Virus record (IMG/VR): IMGVR_UViG_3300045988_143943
Origin: a virus
Strand: one strand, 5' to 3'
DNA length: 40,879 bases
A program made the position numbers and the translations under genes. The notes beneath the pieces were generated by a model that did not search any database, had not been told where the DNA came from, and saw only the letters and a list, made by a program, of their open reading frames with translations. Positions within the stretch are counted from its first letter, which is position 1. Every line of letters starts with the position of its first letter. Of this stretch, positions 18,293 to 25,027 are shown one piece after another.

Positions 18293-18328
18293 GCTTAGAA
18301 AGTCGATAGGAAGGTCGATTTTTTAAGC
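18293..18328 (+). terminator. Hairpin / weak terminator-like element between holin and endolysin
   Basis: GCTTAGAAA (18293-18301) pairs with TTTTTAAGC (18320-18328), with an inner TCGA/TCGA stem. Followed by ATCTTTTATTTT. Confidence 0.35.
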
Positions 18329-18358
18329 ATCTTTTATTTTCAGAAAGGATTTGATAAA

Positions 18359-19123
18359 ATGACTAAATATATAGAAAATGGTGTATTAAAAAATGGAATG
18401 ACTATAGGAAAAGCTAAAGTAATATCTACGAATTTACTAAAAAAGGGACATATGGTACCATACGAAGCTTTTACACCAACTAGCATAACAATACATGAGA
18501 CAGATTGCCCAGATATACCAGCTACACAATTTTATTTAAGTGTTAAAAATGGCCAAAATGATTTAAACAGAAAACCTCAAGCTAGTTTTCAACTTTGTGT
18601 AGATGCTTATATAGTAAGACAAATTGTAAATTTATACAGAACTTGCTGGCATGCTGGATGCAAAGAAGGTAATGCAACATCAATAGGAATAGAGATATGC
18701 CAATATGAAAATAATAGAGAATTGCAAAAACAAGCGTATTTAAATGCTGCAGAACTTGTAAAAATATTAAAATCAGAAATAACAACAGTAAAAAAAGTAA
18801 AAAGACATTATGATTGGACTAGAAAAATATGTCCTTCTTATATGATAACTAAAAAGTATTCTGGTTTAACTTGGAATTGGTTTTTAGATCAATTAAACTC
18901 TAAAGAAGAAGCTAATAAAACTAAGTATGTTAGAATACTAAAAGACATAAATATACATAGCAAGGCTGACTTTACAGAAGAAAATACTATTGGCAAGGTT
19001 ACAGCTGGTGGAGCTTATACTGTAGTAGAAACTATAAAAAGAACTGGAACAGATATGTATAAACTAAAATCAGGAGTTTATATAACAGCATCGCCTAAAT
19101 ATGTAGAAGTGTTTGAAAGATAA
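18359..19123 (+). CDS. Endolysin: N-acetylmuramoyl-L-alanine amidase (PGRP/Amidase_2-like) with C-terminal SH3-like binding domain
   Basis: 254 aa. Motifs ITIHETD, WHAG, IGIEICQ and HYDW..KICP. The C-terminal ~70 aa is beta-rich and SH3b-like. Confidence 0.8.
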   Translation: MTKYIENGVLKNGMTIGKAKVISTNLLKKGHMVPYEAFTPTSITIHETDCPDIPATQFYLSVKNGQNDLNRKPQASFQLCVDAYIVRQIVNLYRTCWHAGCKEGNATSIGIEICQYENNRELQKQAYLNAAELVKILKSEITTVKKVKRHYDWTRKICPSYMITKKYSGLTWNWFLDQLNSKEEANKTKYVRILKDINIHSKADFTEENTIGKVTAGGAYTVVETIKRTGTDMYKLKSGVYITASPKYVEVFER

Positions 19124-19157
19124 GCTTATCGGTCGCTATCGGTCGCGTCCGATAAAA

Positions 19158-19187
19158 ATAGCTAGAAGGTGTTAGCCCTCTAGCTAT
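19158..19187. terminator. Bidirectional terminator between convergent endolysin and accessory-operon genes
   Basis: 12-bp stem with one mismatch: ATAGCTAGAAGG / CCCTCTAGCTAT. Flanked by an A-run upstream and a T-rich tract downstream. Confidence 0.7.
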
Positions 19188-19190
19188 TTA

Positions 19191-19427
19191 TTATTTCTTT
19201 TCTAATGTTTTTATTTCGTCATCATCACCATTTATTAATATTTCTAATTCTTTTTCTAATTCTATAAATAAACAGTTTATTCTGAGTTGTCTTTCTTTGT
19301 AAGTACATTTATCTGGATATTTTTCACATTTTTTACATGAATCCGATTTACATAACGTTTTTCTCATCATTGTAATACTTCTCACGCCCATATAATCCAA
19401 TTCATCAAAAAAATCATATAAATTCAT
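19191..19427 (-). CDS. Hypothetical Cys-rich protein (78 aa), last gene of the accessory operon
   Basis: Intact ORF. Contains CKSDSCKKCEKYPDKC and an acidic C-terminus. No family recognised. Confidence 0.55.
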   Translation of the reverse strand: MNLYDFFDELDYMGVRSITMMRKTLCKSDSCKKCEKYPDKCTYKERQLRINCLFIELEKELEILINGDDDEIKTLEKK

Positions 19428-19474
19428 TTAACCACCTCTTTGTATGTTAATTAATTTTTATTTCTTTTCTATTA

Positions 19475-19726
19475 TTATTTTTCTACGCTCCTTTTGTCAT
19501 ATCCTTGGTAGAAATAATATTTTCTTTCTCCATAACTATAATGTATCTCTTCTGTTTCTTCTGGAAGATCTACAATCTTGCAAAGTTTTTTATAATCTTT
19601 TTCTTTGAAGTCCTTTCCTATACAACCAAGTGCATTAGTATAATTATTATTTCTTAGAATTTCGAAAAATTGTTCCTTAGTGAATTTTTTGTTAAACTCT
19701 TGACCTAGTCTGTACCATTTATTCAT
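19475..19726 (-). CDS. Hypothetical protein (83 aa); start overlaps the upstream AbrB-like gene by 8 nt
   Basis: ORF with translational-coupling geometry. No family recognised. Confidence 0.55.
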   Translation of the reverse strand: MNKWYRLGQEFNKKFTKEQFFEILRNNNYTNALGCIGKDFKEKDYKKLCKIVDLPEETEEIHYSYGERKYYFYQGYDKRSVEK

Positions 19727-19910
19727 TTCTTTTCCCCTTCTCTATTATTATTTTATTATTTTCAAAAGTAGCTGTTATTTCCCTATCTTCTGGACTAATA
19801 CCCATTTCTTTAATCCATATTGTTGGAAGAGTTAACTTGTAAGACAATGCATTTTTACTTGCATTGCCTCCAACTTTACAACAACTTACTTTTAAATTTC
19901 TTTGTTCCAT
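19719..19910 (-). CDS. AbrB/MazE/SpoVT-type DNA-binding protein (antitoxin-like)
   Basis: 63 aa. The segment SYKLTLPTIWIKEMGISPEDREITATFENNKIIIEK fits the looped-hinge-helix (SpoVT-AbrB) pattern. Confidence 0.55.
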   Translation of the reverse strand: MEQRNLKVSCCKVGGNASKNALSYKLTLPTIWIKEMGISPEDREITATFENNKIIIEKGKRNE

Positions 19911-19922
19911 GTTATTTCTCCT

Positions 19923-20375
19923 TTACTCTGATTCAACACAATCGAAATATCTAAACATTTCAGTTGCTTTTTCTTTATTTTCTTCACTTTCTTTTACAAA
20001 TCTTAATAAACCCCCTACAAAATAATCGAAATCTCTCCAACCATCTTCGTCATGATAACAATGTAAAAACGTATGTTTTTTACTTTCATCTAAATAAAAT
20101 CTTACTTCATATATATTTTTCCCTACGTCTGCTGAATGATGTGTAATTTCTTTTGTGAAGTTATTTTCTAGATATTTATATATATCCCATTTATTAACTT
20201 CGTTAAAGAATTTTTTTCTATCTATTATTGTCATTTTCTTTTCCCCTTCCTTTTTACTCTCTTGAGCTAAGAAAGATAAACATAAACCTAATTGAGTTCT
20301 ATAATCTACATCGCCATATTTTTCAACCATTCCTCTTGTCATTTCATGAGCTTTTTTCATTAAATTCTTTTTCAT
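19923..20375 (-). CDS. Hypothetical protein (150 aa), first gene of the accessory operon; possible two-domain fusion
   Basis: RBS AAGGGG. The N-terminal ~47 aa (MKKAHEMTRGMVEKYGDVDYRTQLGLCLSFL) resembles small stand-alone mobile-element proteins. An internal SD-like AAGGAAGGGG plus ATG occurs at codon 48. Confidence 0.6.
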   Translation of the reverse strand: MKKNLMKKAHEMTRGMVEKYGDVDYRTQLGLCLSFLAQESKKEGEKKMTIIDRKKFFNEVNKWDIYKYLENNFTKEITHHSADVGKNIYEVRFYLDESKKHTFLHCYHDEDGWRDFDYFVGGLLRFVKESEENKEKATEMFRYFDCVESE

Positions 20376-20412
20376 CTTTCTTAACCCCTTTCTTATTATT
20401 TATTATACTTAT

Positions 20413-20441
20413 ATAATATACTATTGGTTACCAATAGTCAA
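20413..20441 (-). promoter_or_regulatory. Sigma-A-type promoter of the accessory operon with an operator palindrome in the spacer
   Basis: On the minus strand: TTGACT (20441-20436), 17-nt spacer, TATTAT (20418-20413). The spacer contains the inverted repeat CTATTGG-TTA-CCAATAG (20421-20437). Confidence 0.6.
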
Positions 20442-20520
20442 GTAAATTTGAAAAGTTTTTTTCTAAAATTTGTATAAATATTCCAGATATAGTTGATACT
20501 CTAATAAAGGAGGTGTCGGC

Positions 20521-20661
20521 ATGAAAAAACTAGCATTAGAAGTAGCAGGACGCATAGCATACTTAGGAATTGGAGTAGCAAGTGCTATATTATTCATATT
20601 ATACAATAAAGATGTTTTTATGGGATGGTTTTACAGGTATCATGATACAGACAAACAATAA
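20521..20661 (+). CDS. Small hydrophobic protein (46 aa)
   Basis: Strong RBS AAGGAGGTG 6 nt upstream. Encodes MKKLALEVAGRIAYLGIGVASAILFILYNKDVFMGWFYRYHDTDKQ with one TM-like segment. Confidence 0.5.
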   Translation: MKKLALEVAGRIAYLGIGVASAILFILYNKDVFMGWFYRYHDTDKQ

Positions 20662-20683
20662 TCTGTGTGGTGATACCTGTAAA
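20630..20683. other. Large inverted repeat adjacent to the integrase 3' end: candidate attP (or an atypical convergent terminator)
   Basis: Perfect 13-bp arms TTTACAGGTATCA (20630-20642) and TGATACCTGTAAA (20671-20683), with inner arms ACAGA/TCTGT. No U-tract on either side. About 54 bp in total. Confidence 0.35.
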
Positions 20684-20688
20684 TAGTC

Positions 20689-22197
20689 CTATATTTTAAA
20701 TTTGACCTCCAAAGTAAATTGTGCAAATCTCTTTTTTTCTTTGTTATATAAAATTTCCTTTATAATAGTTTTCAAAGCCTTATTTTTCAATTCTATATTA
20801 TCAGTGTTTTCATAACTTTCTATAGCACACTCTATATTTTCTGCTAACTCCTTATAATCAATGTCCTTGCTAACTTCTGCCTCTAATAACTTTTTAGTAC
20901 CTTTTATAGCTATTTCTATTTCTTCTTTCTTATTTGCCAAAGTCTGTTGTCTTTCTAAAAAAGTATCTACATCATATATACCTCTTTCTAGCAAGTCATG
21001 TAATTTATTTTTCTGCTTATCTAATTCTTTTTCTTCTTTTTCTAGAGTGGTTAGAGTATTTTGTAACATCTCTAGTTGCTTATTTTCTCTATCTTCTATT
21101 TCTGTATTATCTAACTCATCTTTAATCTCTTTTAATTTTATTTTCAAAACATTTATTATTTCTTCTTCTATTAGATCTAGCCTAGAAGAGCCAACCTCGT
21201 AGCATTGTTTGCAACGCAAATAAAGTACAGGGCCTTCTTTACCTGTATTGTAAGATGCTACCATTGTATGTTTACAATTAGAACATTTTACTATACCAGC
21301 TAATGGATTAATTAGTTTTCTACCACTTTTCTTAGCGGGTATTTGATTATTTATTCTTATTTCTTGTGCTTGATTCCAGTCATCTTCACTTATAATAGCC
21401 TGATGTTTTCCTTTACACGCTATCATATCACTTTCTCGATTTTTTCTTGTTTTTGTTCCTTTTCTCTTATATTCAAACCAAGTCACATAGCCACAATACG
21501 TTTTATTTCTTATAATCCTTCTGACTGCACATTCTGTAAAACATTTACCAGCAGTTGTTTTATAGCCTAGAGTGTTTAGATGATTCATTATCTTATATGC
21601 ACCTTCTCCTTTTAGATACATATCAAATACAAGTTTTATTGCTGGAGCAGTTTCTTCATCTATCATCATGTGCCTTTTCCCTAATTTATCATACTCGAAT
21701 TTGTATCCTAAAGGGGCTATTGAGCCTATGAAATTACCTTCTTCTATAGATTTAACTCTACCACGTTGCATACGTTTAGTTATTACTTTTAATTCTCTAC
21801 GTGCAAAGAAGGTTTTAAATTCCGTCATTTCTTCGTCTAGTTCGTTGTTTAGGTTGTAAGTCTTATCAGGTGTAACTATATAAGTATTACTTTGTTTGAA
21901 AGTATTTATAATTTTACCCTGGTCCTGCATATCTCCACGTCCTAGACGGTCTATATCCATACATAATACAGCATCATACAGATTATTTTCTACTTCTTCT
22001 AGAAGTTGTATCATTTTAGGTCTTTTTGCAATACTATCTCCACTAACTATTTCTTCTTTTATCTCAACTATATCAAGGTTTTGTTTTTTTGCAACTTCTA
22101 AAAGTGTACTCCTATGCCTACTGAGTGTATCGACCTTTTCTTTCTTTTCTAATTCTTCATCAGCCCTAGATTTTCTAAGGTATATACATGTTTTCAT
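20689..22197 (-). CDS. int: Large serine recombinase (integrase)
   Basis: 502 aa. N-terminal resolvase catalytic motif (IYLRKSR...), a recombinase domain, a Cys-rich zinc-ribbon (CSNCKH...CKQC) and a long coiled-coil C-terminus. Confidence 0.9.
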   Translation of the reverse strand: MKTCIYLRKSRADEELEKKEKVDTLSRHRSTLLEVAKKQNLDIVEIKEEIVSGDSIAKRPKMIQLLEEVENNLYDAVLCMDIDRLGRGDMQDQGKIINTFKQSNTYIVTPDKTYNLNNELDEEMTEFKTFFARRELKVITKRMQRGRVKSIEEGNFIGSIAPLGYKFEYDKLGKRHMMIDEETAPAIKLVFDMYLKGEGAYKIMNHLNTLGYKTTAGKCFTECAVRRIIRNKTYCGYVTWFEYKRKGTKTRKNRESDMIACKGKHQAIISEDDWNQAQEIRINNQIPAKKSGRKLINPLAGIVKCSNCKHTMVASYNTGKEGPVLYLRCKQCYEVGSSRLDLIEEEIINVLKIKLKEIKDELDNTEIEDRENKQLEMLQNTLTTLEKEEKELDKQKNKLHDLLERGIYDVDTFLERQQTLANKKEEIEIAIKGTKKLLEAEVSKDIDYKELAENIECAIESYENTDNIELKNKALKTIIKEILYNKEKKRFAQFTLEVKFKI

Positions 22198-22251
22198 TGG
22201 TAACCCTCCTTATAAAAAAAGAGCAGCTGGTAAAACTGCCCTGATGTTTGT

Positions 22252-22767
22252 CTATAATTTTAATATTTGTTCTTTTTTATTTTCATATTCTTCTTCAGTT
22301 ATAGCACCCATATCTAGAAGTTTTTTGAATTTCATTAATTCATCTGCATCACTTGATATATTTTGACTTCTATAGTTATTTTTATTTTCTATATAGTTCT
22401 CTATATATCCTTTAATTTCTAATATTTGTTCATTATCTTTTTTAGCGAAAGAAATAGTATTTTCATCTTGTACCGCATTAAAAACTCCGCCTTTAGCCTC
22501 TTGGCTACCCATTAATATTATTTGTAGATATCCAGTAGTTAAACCAGGTTTTTTATATTGTACTCCTGTTACATTATCTAAACAGATTTTCTTTGTACCT
22601 GTAAATCCTTTATTTATCGAATTCATAATTCCTTTAGCAGTAATAGAAATAAATTTCCCTTCTAAGACAATTTCATATTTACCGTTTGATTTTAAATTGT
22701 AAACTTTTTTAGAAGTTATAACTTGTCTTTCATTAGATTTATCTTTTTTAGATTTAAATAATCCCAT
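22252..22767 (-). CDS. PH-like (bacterial PH/DUF4429-like) domain protein with C-terminal SHOCT motif
   Basis: 171 aa. The C-terminus DELMKFKKLLDMGAITEEEYENKKEQIL matches the SHOCT pattern. The N-terminal beta-rich region includes GYLQI. Confidence 0.55.
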   Translation of the reverse strand: MGLFKSKKDKSNERQVITSKKVYNLKSNGKYEIVLEGKFISITAKGIMNSINKGFTGTKKICLDNVTGVQYKKPGLTTGYLQIILMGSQEAKGGVFNAVQDENTISFAKKDNEQILEIKGYIENYIENKNNYRSQNISSDADELMKFKKLLDMGAITEEEYENKKEQILKL

Positions 22768-22875
22768 AATTATCCCCCTCTTTAGTTTTCATTTTTTCTT
22801 AAATTGTAGCATATACCAAATTAATTTACACTATTTTCTAGTATAAAATAGATATTATGCTACAAAAATGATAGT

Positions 22876-23073
22876 ATGAAGATACTAATTTACCAACAAA
22901 GAATAAAAAAGAGATATTCATTAGAAAAATTAGCAAGAAAAACTAATATTAGTAAAGCTGCACTTAATAACTACGAAACTGAAAAAAGGAAGGTGAATAT
23001 ATTCCAGCTAGAAGATATAGCCAAGGCTTTAGATTGTAAAATAACAGATTTGTTTGATTCTTATTGGAAGTAA
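22876..23073 (+). CDS. Small XRE-family HTH protein (65 aa)
   Basis: HTH pattern YSLEKLARKTNISKAALNNYETEKR. No clear SD upstream. Confidence 0.55.
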   Translation: MKILIYQQRIKKRYSLEKLARKTNISKAALNNYETEKRKVNIFQLEDIAKALDCKITDLFDSYWK

Positions 23074-23223
23074 GCATAAATTTCCGTCTACATATGTGGA
23101 AATTTTACTAAAATATTCCAAAAAGGTCTTATTAGATAGTATAATAAGACTATACAAAATATTTTGTAATTTACATATACTATATATCTGAAAAATAGTA
23201 TATAATATATGTAAACGATTAAT

Positions 23224-23239
23224 TAGAACATATGTTCTA
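23224..23239. promoter_or_regulatory. LexA (DinR/Cheo) SOS box
   Basis: TAGAACATATGTTCTA is a perfect 16-bp palindrome. Its core GAAC-ATAT-GTTC (23226-23237) is identical to the core of the Gram-positive LexA consensus CGAACATATGTTCG. Confidence 0.7.
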
Positions 23240-23266
23240 TGATTTAAGGGGGGAATAATCTGGAAT

Positions 23267-23374
23267 ATGAAAGAAAAATTAATAAATGCAATAAAAAATC
23301 ATAAATTAGATCATAAACATTTAAATGAAGTTATAAAGCTAGCTAAAGAAGAATTGAATAAAACAAAAGACTAG
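23267..23374 (+). CDS. Small charged helical protein (35 aa) downstream of the LexA box; candidate SOS-induced antirepressor, or a non-coding transcript
   Basis: Encodes MKEKLINAIKNHKLDHKHLNEVIKLAKEELNKTKD. The G-rich SD (AAGGGGGG) is 13-14 nt upstream, which is long spacing. Ends in the bidirectional terminator. Confidence 0.35.
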   Translation: MKEKLINAIKNHKLDHKHLNEVIKLAKEELNKTKD

Positions 23375-23388
23375 GGATTACCTAGTCT
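23368..23388. terminator. Bidirectional terminator overlapping the CI-like gene stop codon
   Basis: AGACTAGG (23368-23375), loop GATTA, CCTAGTCT (23381-23388). A-run upstream and T-run downstream. Confidence 0.7.
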
Positions 23389-23720
23389 TTTTTTATTAGT
23401 CCAAATGCCATTTTAGTTATTAATTCAAGTTGTTCATCTGTTAATTGTTCTGCTAATTTAATAGCATCATGTTCTTTTCCTGACATATCTTCTAACGGTT
23501 TTTTATTATCTACACGCCCTAGCAGATAATCTGTGGTAACGTCAAATATATCTGCTAATTGTAAAAGCGTATGGGCATCTGGTACGCTTATGCCTCTTTC
23601 GTAGCAACCGTATGCTCCTTTTGTTAAACCTATTTTACTAGCGATTTCTTGTTGTGTATAATTATTTTCCTCTCTCAGTTCTCTTAATCTTCTTGCTAAC
23701 ATGTTTTTCCTATCCTCCAT
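23382..23720 (-). CDS. CI-like repressor (XRE HTH, no peptidase domain)
   Basis: 112 aa. HTH pattern YTQQEIASKIGLTKGAYGCYERG. Divergent from the Cro-like gene. Only a short helical C-terminus, with no S24 Ser/Lys motifs visible. Confidence 0.75.
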   Translation of the reverse strand: MEDRKNMLARRLRELREENNYTQQEIASKIGLTKGAYGCYERGISVPDAHTLLQLADIFDVTTDYLLGRVDNKKPLEDMSGKEHDAIKLAEQLTDEQLELITKMAFGLIKKD

Positions 23721-23756
23721 TAAAATGCACTTTATCTATAAATATGTTATAAGTTA

Positions 23757-23786
23757 ATTATACTTATATATTCTCTATTTATGCAA
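23757..23786 (-). promoter_or_regulatory. Candidate repressor-maintenance promoter
   Basis: On the minus strand: TTGCAT (23786-23781), 18-nt spacer, TATAAT (23762-23757). Confidence 0.45.
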
Positions 23787-23835
23787 ATTTTCCTCGCCTT
23801 TTTGAAATAAAATCGAAAAATTTTAGTCAAAACAC

Positions 23836-23863
23836 TTGACAGGCTAATTTAATTTGCTATAAT
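23836..23863 (+). promoter_or_regulatory. Early lytic promoter (extended -10)
   Basis: TTGACA (23836-23841), 16-nt spacer, TGCTATAAT with the -10 hexamer at 23858-23863. Related AT-rich motifs CTAATTTAATTTG (23843-23855) and CTAATTAAATTTG (23908-23920) may be operators. Confidence 0.65.
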
Positions 23864-23935
23864 GTAAGTATAACAAGTCAATAAGATTTGCTTAATAATT
23901 AAAAAAACTAATTAAATTTGATTGGAGGTGATTTG

Positions 23936-24160
23936 ATGAATAAGCTAAGAGAATACAGAACAGAGGGCAATTATAGACAAAGAGACTTAGCTGAAAAAAT
24001 AGGAGTAACAAGACAAGCATTTTCTTGTTATGAATTAGGAATAGCTAAACCTCCACTAGACAAAGCTAAGAAACTAGCTGATATATTTGGAGTAACAATA
24101 GAAGATATTTTTTTTAGTAAATCAGATGAATTAAATTCGACTAATAAAAACATTGACTAA
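23936..24160 (+). CDS. Cro-like XRE HTH regulator
   Basis: ATG 23936 with RBS GGAGGTG is preferred over the track TTG at 23918. HTH pattern YRQRDLAEKIGVTRQAFSCYELG. Confidence 0.75.
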   Translation: MNKLREYRTEGNYRQRDLAEKIGVTRQAFSCYELGIAKPPLDKAKKLADIFGVTIEDIFFSKSDELNSTNKNID

Positions 24161-24187
24161 TAATATTGATTGAAAGGAGATTGAAAT

Positions 24188-25015
24188 ATGGATTGTATAA
24201 ACGAAATGAACAACTTAGTACAAAGTATATCATCTAGAGAAGTAGCAGAAATGATGGAGACTAGACATGATAATTTAATGAACAAAATAGAAAAACACAC
24301 AACAATATTAGAAAAAGTTAGCGACCTAAAAATTAAGGTGGCTGATTTATGGATATTAAGTTCTTACTTAGATGCTCAAGGGAAAGAACGTAAAGAATAT
24401 CAAGTAACTAAAAAAGGCTGCGAATTTCTAGCACATAAAACAACTGGAGAAAAAGGGGACTTGTTTACCATAAGATATATGAATAAATTTGAGGAAATGG
24501 AACAGTACATAAAAGAACAACAAGTACCACAGTTAACAGAAAAACAAATGCTACAGTTGCAAATCCTAAATGGTGATGAAATGGAGAGAATAGGAGCTTT
24601 AAAACAATATGAGGGAGTTATAACTAAACCTCTAATAGACACAATAGAAAAACAATCAGATGCAATAAATGAATTAAAACCACATGCAGAATATGCAGAA
24701 AGAGTTTTAGAGGATAAAAAAACATTATTAACTCCAACTCAAATAGCTAAAGATTTTGGAATGGCTGGTAAAGCATTAAATGCATTACTCCATGAGTTAG
24801 GAGTTCAATATAAGCAAAACGGACAATGGCTTTTATATGCTAAGTATCAAGGTAAGGGATATACAGGACCATATCAACCAGATATACCGAATGCTAAACC
24901 TCAGACAAGATGGACTCAAGCTGGTAAAAAGTTTATCCATGACATTTTAAGAAAAAATGGCTATAAAACAATTTTAGAAAATCAACAAGAACAACAAAGA
25001 TTTGACTTTAACTAA
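24188..25015 (+). CDS. Antirepressor: Rha/ORF6N-type N-terminal domain plus KilAC/ANT C-terminal domain
   Basis: 275 aa. N-terminal ISSREVAEMMETRHDNLMNKIE and C-terminal LLTPTQIAKDFGMAGKALNALLHELGVQ... Confidence 0.7.
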   Translation: MDCINEMNNLVQSISSREVAEMMETRHDNLMNKIEKHTTILEKVSDLKIKVADLWILSSYLDAQGKERKEYQVTKKGCEFLAHKTTGEKGDLFTIRYMNKFEEMEQYIKEQQVPQLTEKQMLQLQILNGDEMERIGALKQYEGVITKPLIDTIEKQSDAINELKPHAEYAERVLEDKKTLLTPTQIAKDFGMAGKALNALLHELGVQYKQNGQWLLYAKYQGKGYTGPYQPDIPNAKPQTRWTQAGKKFIHDILRKNGYKTILENQQEQQRFDFN

Positions 25016-25027
25016 GGGGGCTTAAAT

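Noticed and set aside
20861-22366. Plus-strand ORFs opposite the integrase (20861-21202, 20934-21125, 21343-21570, 21668-21859, 21896-22366), plus 19964-20146 and 20228-20416
   Set aside because: They are antisense to well-supported genes, with Ser/Phe/Leu-rich low-complexity translations and no RBS.
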